Of a stretch of 64,000 nucleotides of DNA, positions 1-11,430 are shown piece by piece. Within the stretch, counting starts at the first letter, position 1, and every line of letters starts with the position of its first letter. The notes beneath the pieces are model-generated. The model saw only the letters and a program-made list of their open reading frames with translations. It had not been told where the DNA came from and searched no databases. The stretch is from Zancudomyces culisetae HAW-14-8. Lineage: Eukaryota > Fungi > Kickxellomycota. The stretch is from assembly GCA_052426225.1 (NCBI GenBank), contig JBNJNM010000013.1, positions 1,798,001 to 1,862,000 of the forward strand. The letters are read 5' to 3'. Made by a program: the position numbers and the translations under genes.

Positions 1-127
1 GTTGGTTATTTTTGTTATTGGTTTTGTAAAGGGGTTTTGTTTTAAAGTTGCAAATCCAGCAGAAAAACTCTGATTTTTGAGCGTGATAGATCCAATAAAA
101 CGATGGAGCGCTCTAGTAAGAGTGCAA

Positions 128-129
<2 letters not shown>

Positions 130-178
<49 letters not shown>
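130..178. repeat. (TG)n microsatellite, about 24 units
   Basis: Perfect GT dinucleotide run read directly; it explains the spurious VCVCVC ORF 77..295. Confidence 0.97.
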
Positions 179-180
<2 letters not shown>

Positions 181-2946
181 ATTTTCCAGCGTTCCAAAGA
201 AGAGTGTCAATATTAAAGTCAAAGGTGAACAAAAGATTGTATTCAAAGTTTGTTTACTTGATTCATTGCAGTTGAAAGAGGGGGGATCCGTATGAATTAT
301 GGAACCAGTGTGTTAGATACAGGAATCAAAAAGATAAGTGGTATATGGGCCTGTTTCTATTATTACGAATTTCTATTAAAAGAACTTTATCACATTGCAT
401 TAATTTAGAATATTAATTGAGCCGGTTACTAGCAAATAAAAGACACGCATATTCTTTGCGTAATTATTTGTAACCACTACGTAATATTAAGGAGATGAGG
501 AGGTGGGAGAGGGGGAGAGGAAGGGCAAAAGAATAAAAAAGAATAAAACAAAATGGTATGAATGTTGGTAGGAAAGGGGGGTGTGTTTGAAAGGTAAGTG
601 TAATGTGTGATTGGCAGAAAATAGTGCGCAGAAACAATGTTTTGTTTGACCCCATAGTAATTTCCAAAATTTCGCTGTTTTTATCCACAGGAAGGGGCTT
701 TTTAATATTCTGATTTTAATGCCATAGCACCACCCACTTTTCAATTAAATCGCCATTACGATTTAATATAATAGGTCAAACCCCCCCATTAAAACACCAA
801 CCATAAAATTGGAAAAATAGCAGAGTGTTAAGAGCTGGTAGAAACATTCACTTTGAACTTCGTAAAATGATGAGACTGTGTTAACTGTAAAGTAAAATTA
901 GGAGGGAGAAAAGTGGAAAGGCTATAGCGATTATCTCTTTTGAAGATTGCAAAAGCAGAAAATGTTTTATTATTATTACTTGCTGTTTTTATATATGGCA
1001 AATAGAGCACGAGGCTCCGCTTAGATTACTAAATTGCCATTCAAGCCATTGGATGTTGCCAAGTTATCTTTTTGTGTATGTTCCAAAAACCCAGCTTTTT
1101 TTTTTGTAATGGGTGTAGAGCTGGTGCGGAAAAAATAAATGAAACAGTAGGAAAAAGAAAAATGCGGGTGTAGGAGTAGAGCAAGAGGTTTATGGAAATA
1201 TCATAACTTTTATAGGTATTGATACTAATATAGGAGAGATAAAAAACAAATCCAGCGCAAAAAAAACGAATTAGAAAGCCAAATGTTCTGGTATCTTTTT
1301 AGTTTTTTTTTTACTGCAAAAAAAATGTGGGAGATTGTTTCGAGCAACGAAAATCAATTTGCGTAAATGCAAATGCTATATTTGCCACTATCTGCTGCTG
1401 TAAATGGGCAATAGTGCGCATTACATAAAAATATACACAAAAAAAAATAATTGAAAAACCAAAAGCGTAATAGGAGAAAACTAAGCGTATTAGAAACCTT
1501 GTACAAATTATACTACAACAGAAAATCTTTTTTTTTTTCCAAAATTATCAGTCACATAACGTGTAAAGCAATACCCAAATGCTGTGATTATTTTTTTTTG
1601 TTTGTGCCAGTAGTTGTATTTAAGTGTAAGCTGCGAAAATAAAATTTGATTGAGTTTAATTGAAAAAAAACACTTGTATTCGCAGCATAATAGCCAGGGA
1701 AAAAAAAAGTATTGGCATATAATTGGCGATTTGGCGATATAGCAGTAGGGATTTTGTGAAAGCAAAATCGTTTGTGAGAAAAAATAAGCCTGGAAAGTAT
1801 AATTGAGGTGGAAAAGAAAAATCATAAATCTTTCCATTTAAATCTAGAGCCTTTTAAAATAAATTAAGTTATAGAACAGTTGTAATAAAAGCAAGCACTT
1901 TCAAAACAAACAGTATTTTGAAAGGAAACAAGAGGCTTTTTGCAAGATAAACAGAAAACAAAAATATATTACCAGAATACAAAGCTTGTGCTGACAAACA
2001 CACCTTGAAAAAGTAGGGTTGGATTGAAAAATTAAGTAAATAAAATATCGGGTTAGTAAAAGTTGGGAGAAAGTGAGCATACACAGGAAGGTTCTATCAA
2101 AAGGTGGGATAAATAAAGAAAAGTAGCATAAATACTAGGCCCAAGGTATATGCTTTAGGCTTAAATAAAGAAAACAATAGAGAATTAGGGGGGAAACAGG
2201 GAAATAAAATCCCAGAAACACAACAAGGGATAAAATCAAGGTGAAACCCCAAAAAAAAAGAACTTGGATACACAAAATAATCTTGTATTTATAAAGCTGA
2301 GCTATAATACAAGTAAATAGTGGTAAAAAGAGGTAAAAAGATAATATAAAGGAAGAAAATACAAAAAACGAATAATCATAAATACAAAAAGCAAACTTAT
2401 TTTTTAGTGATAATTTATTGCACAACCCTCAACAATAAATTTATATGTGGATATAACAGTGAATGAAACATAAAGCAGAGCATATTGATATCTGAGAGTT
2501 AGCCATATAAGAACATAACAAAGTTCATTTACAAGTAAAAACAGGTTAAAGCCTAGTTGAACAAGAAATCCAGCTTATACCTCTAGAAGAAAACAACAAA
2601 GATAAAACAAGAAAAGGCAGTATCGTATCGTATCGTACCTTGCTTTAAACTGTGCTAAGCAAAAACAAGAAAATAAACGTAACAAAAGGAGGGAGGAGTC
2701 CAGGTATAATCTTATATATAAGAAGGATAAGGTTTCTGTGCTAGATTAACAAGGTTTATTTAAAAGAGAAAAGTTATAGATCTTTCAGCGAGAAGTTCGG
2801 GTATATTTAAAAGAGAGCAACAAAAACTGTACTAAAATATTAGATTTTTCTTAATAGATCATTTATACACAATTATATTTGTACAAAAAAGACAGAAAAC
2901 CCAATCTAAAAAAGACAAATTAGGATAAGGCATAAAAATCAATAAA

Positions 2947-4764
2947 ATGGAGGAAAGGATAGAAAAGTACGAAGCAAAAGAATGTCTAAGTACAGGCAAA
3001 AACTTTAGAAGCCACAGGTATCGAAGGAGAAAAATTGCAGCAAATAATGAAGCAGATAAGAATAAAAACAGTGTGGTGCTAGAAAACACGCAGGGTAAAG
3101 CCAGCAAAAAAAATAAGCGAGAAAAGGAGGGGAAAAGCAACGAAGAAACGATAGAATGTGAGGAGAAGCAGGAGAGGGAGGAGGGGGAGGAAAAGAAGGC
3201 AAAAACGTGTGATGAGCTTAGTGAGAGCACTACAGATATAGATCGCGAAAGCGAGGCTAGCGAGGGCAGTCTTGACGAGTGGGAGGTATCAGAAAAACGG
3301 GGTAGCGAGGAAACAGTTACAGGAGAAGTAGAAGAGGAACGAAAGGCAGGTCAGCTTAGCGAAAGCGAGTATAAAATGCTTGAAAAGGCGGTGTTGGAGT
3401 TGCGATTGCGACTGCGGCCGAGTGAGCAGAGCCAAAAGGAAAAAATGCAGTTTGTAGACACAATAAGGAAAATCCTACGGGAAGAGTTTCCTGGAACCGA
3501 GATCCAAGTGAATGTGTTTGGATCGACAGCAAATGGACTGGAGACAGTGTACAGTGATCTTGATATTTGCCTGACTACACAAAATGTTGAGGCAAGCTGT
3601 ATTCTTAAACTGGATAGTATTTTGAAACAACGAGGGTATCTGACGACATGTATTTCAACTGCACGCGTACCACTGGTGCGCGTGGTTGGCAATAACAACA
3701 GCATTTTGGCAGATTTTAACATCAACAATCCCATGGCATTGTATAACACCAAAATGGTTAAAACGTTTGTTGGAATAGACAGTCGAGTACAGCCATTTTT
3801 GATGGCAATTAAGCACTGGGCTAAACAGCGTGGGGTTAGTAATGCCGGTAGCGGAGGCACGTTGTCACCATACGCCTGGGTCAACCTGGGAATTGCGTAT
3901 CTACAGATGCAGAATCCACCTATTTTGCCCGTTCTACATCGCCCTAGAGACCCAAACGGCGAACGAGCGCTGCAGGAATCGCGAGTTTCTGACCTGGATT
4001 TCGAGTCGGATATCAGCAAGAATTTTGGCTATGGCCGCAAAAACAAGGATAATCTAGGTCGCCTGCTCTTTGGCTTCTTTAAATATTTTGCTATAGAGTT
4101 TGACTACGACAAATCAGTTATCTCTGTGCGTCACGGAAAGTGTATTTCCAAAGAATCAAAAATCTGGAACATTGGCCGACCCGCAAAGATCATGTGCATT
4201 GAAGAGCCATTTTCAATATGGCTCAATCTTGCGCACTCTGCAAACTACTTTGCGCTGTCGTCTATCCGTAATGAGTTTATCCGTGCCTTTAACATTCTTT
4301 TGCGCAGAAAAAGCTTTACATCAATTTGGGATCCTATTGATGGCTACAATTTTCATCCGGACTCACTTCCCCCCTCTCAATATCGCCTCGCCGATTCCCC
4401 CTTCGTCCCTTCGCAGCAATACTCACGTCTCGAATCCTTGCTCGGTGCTCCTTACCACCAACCCCACAGCCGTATACAGGCTCTTGCTTCCTCCATTTGC
4501 ACCTGCAAAGTAAAGAACCCTACTAACGTATTTGTTCACGGTCCTCAATGTTATTTGTCACGTGCTCCGTCTGTCGATCGTTTTGGCATGATGTACAACT
4601 ATTTCTCCTATAAAAAACCCAAATCGACATCGACCACAAATTGTAGTAATATCTCTTTAAACAACCTTGTTGATTCTTGCTTCTATTCCGATTCTGCCGA
4701 GTCTGAAGACACCTTTAAGTTTGGTGATCGCAATTTTATGTCCTTGAATAACAGGGTTTTGTAG
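2947..4764 (+). CDS. Non-canonical poly(A)/poly(U) polymerase (Cid1/Cid13/CutA-type terminal nucleotidyltransferase), 605 aa, intronless
   Basis: Pol-beta NTase signature VFGSTANGLETVYSDLDIC, third Asp in ADFNINN, TARVPLVR, IKHWAKQRG..GGTLSPYAW, YLQMQNPPILPVL, and PAP-associated IEEPF..NL. N-terminus is E/K-rich and low-complexity. Confidence 0.93.
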   Translation: MEERIEKYEAKECLSTGKNFRSHRYRRRKIAANNEADKNKNSVVLENTQGKASKKNKREKEGKSNEETIECEEKQEREEGEEKKAKTCDELSESTTDIDRESEASEGSLDEWEVSEKRGSEETVTGEVEEERKAGQLSESEYKMLEKAVLELRLRLRPSEQSQKEKMQFVDTIRKILREEFPGTEIQVNVFGSTANGLETVYSDLDICLTTQNVEASCILKLDSILKQRGYLTTCISTARVPLVRVVGNNNSILADFNINNPMALYNTKMVKTFVGIDSRVQPFLMAIKHWAKQRGVSNAGSGGTLSPYAWVNLGIAYLQMQNPPILPVLHRPRDPNGERALQESRVSDLDFESDISKNFGYGRKNKDNLGRLLFGFFKYFAIEFDYDKSVISVRHGKCISKESKIWNIGRPAKIMCIEEPFSIWLNLAHSANYFALSSIRNEFIRAFNILLRRKSFTSIWDPIDGYNFHPDSLPPSQYRLADSPFVPSQQYSRLESLLGAPYHQPHSRIQALASSICTCKVKNPTNVFVHGPQCYLSRAPSVDRFGMMYNYFSYKKPKSTSTTNCSNISLNNLVDSCFYSDSAESEDTFKFGDRNFMSLNNRVL

Positions 4765-5137
4765 TCTCCCTTTTTTTTTCTTTTTTTTTTCTCTCCCTCT
4801 CTTTCTTCTCTTCTTAAATCTTATACATCATTACCACCACACCCTCTATGGCTTGTCTAAATTAGTAAATAAACCAATTAAAAGAGAATACCATTCGTGT
4901 ATATCATTGTGTATAAAGCCTGGCACCAGCACTATGACCGATTCTCTGGATATCAGTATTCTTTGGGTTGGAGTGTTTGACCCTCACCATCGATAATTCA
5001 AATATAAAACAAAGTAAAATGAAATGGAAAAAGTAAAAGCCTGTGGTAAATACAGATTATTTTCCTTTTTGTGGCATTGTAAAACTAAACCAAAAGAATA
5101 AAAAAATAGAGCAATAAATAAATGGTTTAAGAGTAAA

Positions 5138-8075
5138 ATGACCAATTCCGTAGTCTACAAGGACAGTCCACTATCCGAATATTTGCAAGGTAACCAAAAT
5201 TAGTACTTTATATTTTATGACTTTTTTTTTGTATTTTATAGCAAGCAACCACTAGACATGACGATTGTAATATAATAGAATTTGATTCCTCGATCCCTCA
5301 GCATGATATTGAAGGTTATGATCGTATTAAAAAGGCCAAGAAAAGCGAATATTTTTATTCGGAAATAGAAAATGATACAACAAAGACAAGGCTAAAAATA
5401 CTACGGCAGATTTCAAAGTTGTATCACAGGATCTCTGAAGTGTTTAATCTACAAAAGGTAGGCTTTCGTAATCTTTGCCTTGTATTTCAGAAGAAGAGAT
5501 ATAAAACCTTCTCTTATGCTTTTGTTGTAATGTACTTTTGTAGGAAAGAGTATTAAAGAGATATAATAAATCCAGATTGATTAGCGAATTAATATCCGAA
5601 TACTTTCCACAAAATTTCATAGAAGGTGTGAACAATGGTGGTGGTATCAAAAGAAGAGTAAATCGAAATACACAGTACTTTTTATCTCAAGTCGACAATG
5701 TGAAACTAACAGCCAAGCTCGCAGAGCTATCAACTCTAAATTTACACTTTGGACTACAAAATATCAACCCCATCCAAGATAAAACCGAAAAAACCACACC
5801 ATCCAAAGACTATTTTGGTGCTATTCTACTTGAATATTTTTGTTTTTTTCCAGACATGCTGGTACTGGTGGCTTTGGTATACTATCTATTATCAACTCTT
5901 TTATTTGGTGTGATATTAACCAAGATAATACTACCCTTGTTTTCGTATTATTTCACTAGCTCCTCTAAAATTATCATTACCAACAGCAACAGCTACAGTA
6001 ATAATATCTCTCTAATAAGCAGGGTGATTATCCACATTGGTACATTTTTAACAGAAAACGGTATATTGGTTCGAAATACCCTCGGTGACAATGCTGACTA
6101 TACAAGTATTATACTTGATACTATAGCTAAAAGTAGCGGAAATTCGTGCAAATACACGTTTACAACAAGCAGAACTACCACCATTATTCTAAGCATGATA
6201 TTACTAGCATATGTAACTGCCACAATACTCAACCTCTTTACAGGAATTGTGTGCGATCTTCTAAAATCAAAGTATATGTGTTTGTCATGTATTAAATGGC
6301 TCGACGAATCTTTGAAAACCGAAAAGAAAGTGAATGGGTTTATTAGAAGAGCATTAAAGAGCACTAGTGAACTGCAGTTTCTCGTTTCCAGTAATGGAAA
6401 GACCATCCGCGCTTTATATACAGAGAAGAGAGGTGGTAATGTGGACTCGAGTTCTTCACATCATCCTATACTATCATCGCTATCCCCGTCTTCTACCCGC
6501 TACCACACTGCTTCTGCATCGGTGTTAAATGAAAATATTCTGCAACTAGCTCGGATACTACAAAGCCTGATCACCACAAAACTTGATCTCATAAACTCTC
6601 TATTGAAGCTGGCATCGTGTTCACCATCTTTTGCCAACGGCTTTTCAAGCGAGTTAAAAGAAAAGTGTGACTATGTTTTTGGTGATGAAGATGGGATTAG
6701 CTATGAATCCTCATTGTTGGAAATGTATTCTCAGTTTGAGAAGCTATCATTAACAGCGCCTGATCTAAACAACACTTTTTCTACTAATACAGAAGATTGC
6801 CACTACGATGACAACAACTCCAAGATTGCAGCCTTGAAATTGAAGTTCAACGACTATGCCTGTGTTTCCTTTGATTTCTTTAGTTTCACACTTCCAAACA
6901 CATTTCTTGCGCTTCTACGCTTTATAATGTTAAATGATGATCATGGCCTCCCATCTAACATTATCGTTGGAAATGACATCTATCACAAAAGTGAGGAAGA
7001 TGGTTACAATGATGCTGGATACTGTCTTGAAATGTATTTTAGGGCTGTATGTACGTATGGTTCAAGTGTTGCACAAATTTACCGGGCTGGTACTAACGAA
7101 TGTAAGTCTTGTATATTTTATTCATCTATTTGCACTTTTATTGTTTATTTTCTTTATCCGACCTTATTAACCTAAGTTATGCTCTTCTCTATTTTGTGGA
7201 TCATTTCTCCTTTTTTTTTTTGCAAAGATTTCTCCACTAGAGAGAAAAACACAGCGTTGACCGCATCAAATGGCAAAACCAACAACAAAGACACCGAAAC
7301 CTCAAACACTACCGACAATTATGCGTCAGAAAACTATCGAAGAGTTGCCATTTCCCAAATGTATAGCATTCTGACTACGCTTTATGCCAAAGTGAACGTG
7401 CTAAGTGATCTTGTTGCAGCAAAAAATAATCACAGCTCCGAAAAGTCAAGCGAGCTAAGCAGCCATGACTCAAATCTTGAGTTTTTGTCACTTTACAAAT
7501 CTTTGGGTGAAGAAATCGATATATTATCAACATTGCATGCTAGAAACCAAAAAATACTAGAAGGAAAATATAACGAGAACAACACACTCTCGGGTGTGTA
7601 TGGATATGGAATTGACGGTGTTTGTGGTACCACATCGAATGTAAATACCAATTCCAATACCACTGAAAGTGGCTCCATTGATCCCGACTCCCTTGGAAAA
7701 TCCCAGCTTGATGGTACCGAGAATAGCAAATATTTTGTGGATGCATCTTCAAGCTACTTTACTGACTTGCTGGCACCTCTGGAAATCTACGAGCTCGAAG
7801 AGGCAAACGAGAAGAGCAATGAGGCTAACAGCGAGCATACTCAAACCAGCTTGGATCAAAACCCTTTGTTCGTTAGAAGTGGGCTTTCCAGAGCTGAACG
7901 GATCGCCCTCGCTAAACAAAAGCGTGAAAACCAGCGGCAACGAAAACAACGACAAGAAACATGTCAACAAAACCCTGGTCACGATACAGCCAAAGACCAA
8001 TTTGACCAATTTGAACCATTTATGTTTATCAATGAGCTTAAATCTGCAATATTAGATAAAGCAAAACCATACTAG
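5138..8075 (+). CDS. vezA: Vezatin-like membrane protein (fungal VezA type); exons about 5138-5189, 5279 (or 5246)-5457, 5544-7101, 7228-8075
   Basis: Exon 1 reads MTNSVVYKDSPLSEYLQ, resembling the fungal vezatin N-terminal 'YEDSPLAEYL' motif. There are two hydrophobic TM regions, and the C-terminus has LEIYEL...LSRAERIALAKQKR...FINELKSAIL. GT..AG phases join ORFs 5577..7175 and 7179..8075 in frame. Confidence 0.72.
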
Positions 8076-8475
8076 AAAACTCCTTCCATCTTCCTTTCTT
8101 CTTTTTGCATCAATAAATTGTAGATATACTTTTTTATTTGCGTTATTCTCAATACCAACTTTGTAATTTTATCCATACAACTTGTCAACTCTGTCTGTTA
8201 GATTTATGATCTAATACCTGCTAAGTAATTACATTATGTTTCCAGTTGGGAAGTGAACTCACCAACACTACGGGTAGCTGAAACTCCCTAGATATTCTTA
8301 ATATGATAAATATACTATGTAGCTTGCCTTCTTTGGTGGCATTTGTACAATTGGGTTAACCATCACCAAACTGCTTTTTTTTTTGTTTACCTGCTGGATT
8401 GCAAATAAGAATGATCGATGGCCATTTGCTGTGAATAAAAAAAGGTTTATGGGCAAAATCGAGCCAATTTGCCTA

Positions 8476-8522
8476 TTTTGTTTTGTTTTGTTTTGTTTTG
8501 CTTTGCTTTGTTTTGTTTTGTT
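8476..8522. repeat. (TTTTG/CTTTG)n pentanucleotide microsatellite
   Basis: About 9 units read directly. Confidence 0.9.
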
Positions 8523-8708
8523 AAATAAAAAATATAACACAAGCTCATTTTTCGTTTATTAGAATTTGAGTGCGCAATAATATTATATTGAGAATATTAA
8601 CTGCTCGATAGCGCAACAAGGACAGTTTATCGCTACATAGGTATTAATTGTACGAGTAGATCATTAAAAATAAAATAATAGACACACGCCCCACATGTCT
8701 TTTGTAAA

Positions 8709-9597
8709 ATGCAGCAACTGCTTGACCAGATAAAAACACTGAAAACCGAGCTGAAGCTCTGGGAAAAGCAAAATGGCACGAGGTGTAATGTAGAGGAGAT
8801 AAAACAAAAGTATCAACAGTACAAACAACTTAAAGCGCAACTGGCCCAGACTGAGCAAAACAAATCAAATGATAGACTAAAAACCCATGCTATTAGCCTC
8901 CATTTCAAGGTAAAAAGGGGGTAGCAACAAAAAAATCAAAACTAATATAGAAGAGCTGCAAAAAGGGAGACACGCCCATTGTTCTGATACTACGGTTTTA
9001 AACTCAAGTGCTCAGGGGGAAATATTAGGACATGACCAAGTTCAAGAACAGCAACTACAACATGAAATAAACCAAGAGCAGGAGCAAGAGCAAGAAAAAG
9101 AAAAAGAGCAGAATAATTTCAGTCTTGAGACCTCTTCTTTTGCGTTGCCAGCACAACGCAAATGCTATTCTCTAAATGAAATTCGACAAAACATTCACAG
9201 CAATAACTCCGGTAAATTCCATCAGGACGGTGATTATGCTGACCAAACCGACCAGCCACTATCAGATAATGGTAATGAAAACTATATTGAGCAGAGTCCT
9301 GTTGACAAAATGCTTTGTGGTGATGGCCTTGAAGCAAGCACTAGCAAGTATAATGCCAAGATAAAACGAAAAGCAACCATGAAGCGGAGTACTAGGAGAG
9401 TCAAATTAAAGGTCGTTGATACCAATACAAAACTTCCAGCTAGTCTTCGTAAAACGAATACTCGAAAACGCACAGAGAGCAATGGTAATTTGTTGGTTAG
9501 CAATAACTTTACTAAAATGAAAATAGGCAAAAAGAACAAAGGTGCTGACAGAAGGAAGCTATTTTACAAAAAAATAACAAAGAACAAAAAAAACTAA
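8709..9597 (+). CDS. SLD2: DNA replication regulator Sld2/Drc1-like, in two frames joined by an intron or a 1-nt indel near 8910-8925
   Basis: N-terminal LKTELKLWEK..G.....EIKQKYQQYKQLK resembles the Sld2/RecQ4 N-domain. Downstream KRSTRRVKLK and SNNFTKMKI resemble fungal Sld2 C-terminal motifs. The second frame is open from 8914 to 9597. Confidence 0.7.
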
Positions 9598-9840
9598 GAC
9601 GGGAGTTTGATGAAATATTGTCAAGTTTTATCTGGTCCTTTACTCCCCACCTTCTCTTCCTTTCTCACTCTTGGAAAGTACTCGTGTAAAGGGCTGAAAA
9701 ATAAGAGTTATTATTATTTTTTTATTCTCGCCATCCCTAAAACAAAAAGGAAATAAGAAAAATATTTCCTAAAAATATAAATGTATTAATACGTACTATT
9801 TAATTGTTGAACATAAGAGCTAAATTAATCTTTACTGTTA

Positions 9841-11430
9841 TCAATTTTTGTTTACCACCTCGTCCGCATCTAAGGATGTTTTTAATATCTCAATACACTC
9901 GTTAATTTGCGATTGCACTTTAGTCAGGGCATCAATCCTTTCGGCTATGACTTGTCTAGTTAGCGAATCGGTGGATCCAGGCTGTAGTGATGATAGGGTA
10001 TTTGATAAACCGTTAATACTTGCACTTGAGGAAACAGGAATTAACTGGGGATCCTTGAACTTGTAGCCAAGTATCGTCTTCCCACTTTCTGATGTGCCAT
10101 GCTGTATAATTCCTCCGTTATAACCAATACCAATGTTGAACGTTGGAGAAAGATTGGGGATAGATGCGGCCATATCACCTATATGTGAAGTACCACCGCT
10201 GGCCGCTGTTGCTCCAACACCAACCCCGATACCAGACTCATTGACCGCTGCTGCTGCTGTTGCTGGGGTTGCTCCTGTCGCTCCCGCCGTGGAACTACTG
10301 GTTGCAGCATTGGGGCTGTTGTCATGTGCCAAGTTAACTGTTTCCGAAACAGTGGCATGTGGTTTTTCAAACACACTTCTTCTACAGGTAGGGCAGCTTT
10401 GTTGTCTTGAGAGCCAGTTCTTCAAACAATTATAGTGGAAGTAGTGTCCACAGTTTAGTTTTTTGACCCTGTCAGGCTCTTGAACATCCTCCCTACATAT
10501 AATACAGACCTTGTCTCTTAAGCCGTTGATTTCATTTGCTGTTAAATCGGGGTAGAGTGTGTTTAGGTTTTTTATAGCGATATTGTATTTTGCAATCGAT
10601 GTTAGTTTCATTAAAACATTTCTTGCTGTGATGTACAAATCCCTAATAAGGTGGAGAGGTAGCCCCTTCAGCTTTATCAGTATTGTAAAAATCACAATAA
10701 ATATAAGTAGCCGTACTAGATCCGTTACTAATTCCACATAGAATATATACAGTGCCTTCAGCTGCCATTCTTCTTGGCTTATAGTATCGTACAGATTCAT
10801 TATGAACTTAATTGTCCCTGCAAGTGCTGTAGTTAGTAACAATGGATACTCAGAGCCCGTAAGCAGCATTATTGTTACATGGTTGTCCATATGCCCGTTC
10901 CCACTCATCTTCTCCCGCATGTACCCTACGGTAAAGCTAAACATCTTGTAATCCACAAACATCAACGTTGCTGCAAGTACCAGCACTCTAGTTATTTCTT
11001 TTTTGTCCATAATTGTTCGCTGTTCAATATACTCCATTCTTTCTTGTAACAGCCAGTGGAAAACTTTTGTGAATAACATTCCTACAACGAATATTAAGCT
11101 CAAAGGTTTAAAAGTTCCTCCGCTGAACATTGTAAAAACAAGCAGCATCTCTGACAGTGTAAACCATATCTTTTCGCTCAGCCTCTCCACCTCTATACTT
11201 CGTAGGCTGTCAAAAAATATCTTTACTACTAGTTTCCCTCCCCCTATTAATCCCAATAAAAGAACATTGGCAAGAATCAATAATGAAACCCCGCTATTCA
11301 GTTCAATACACGCTAGATAGAATTGTCGTTGTTTGGCATAAACCTTCGACACCACACCGATGCCGAGCAAAAGGGAGGCGAGTATATATAATTTAAATCT
11401 CGTAGGCCTAAGTCTTTCCATATAATTCAT
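9841..11430 (-). CDS. HRD1: ERAD E3 ubiquitin ligase Hrd1/synoviolin, 529 aa
   Basis: Multi-TM N-terminus with IFFDSLRSIEVERLSEKIW, KVFHWLLQERMEY and LPLHLIRDLY; RING-H2 CIICRED...KKLNCGHYFHYNCLKNWLSRQQSCPTCR. Confidence 0.96.
   Translation of the reverse strand: MNYMERLRPTRFKLYILASLLLGIGVVSKVYAKQRQFYLACIELNSGVSLLILANVLLLGLIGGGKLVVKIFFDSLRSIEVERLSEKIWFTLSEMLLVFTMFSGGTFKPLSLIFVVGMLFTKVFHWLLQERMEYIEQRTIMDKKEITRVLVLAATLMFVDYKMFSFTVGYMREKMSGNGHMDNHVTIMLLTGSEYPLLLTTALAGTIKFIMNLYDTISQEEWQLKALYIFYVELVTDLVRLLIFIVIFTILIKLKGLPLHLIRDLYITARNVLMKLTSIAKYNIAIKNLNTLYPDLTANEINGLRDKVCIICREDVQEPDRVKKLNCGHYFHYNCLKNWLSRQQSCPTCRRSVFEKPHATVSETVNLAHDNSPNAATSSSTAGATGATPATAAAAVNESGIGVGVGATAASGGTSHIGDMAASIPNLSPTFNIGIGYNGGIIQHGTSESGKTILGYKFKDPQLIPVSSSASINGLSNTLSSLQPGSTDSLTRQVIAERIDALTKVQSQINECIEILKTSLDADEVVNKN

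Noticed and set aside
77-2425. Short ORFs in the first 2.4 kb
   Set aside because: They are products of the GT microsatellite or of A-rich strand bias (F/L/I-rich antisense translations), with no recognisable motifs.
8072-8342. Possible minus-strand mini-gene MPPKK|GVSATRSV|... using a GC donor
   Set aside because: It needs a 40-nt GC-AG intron, has ambiguous acceptors and gives no recognisable product.
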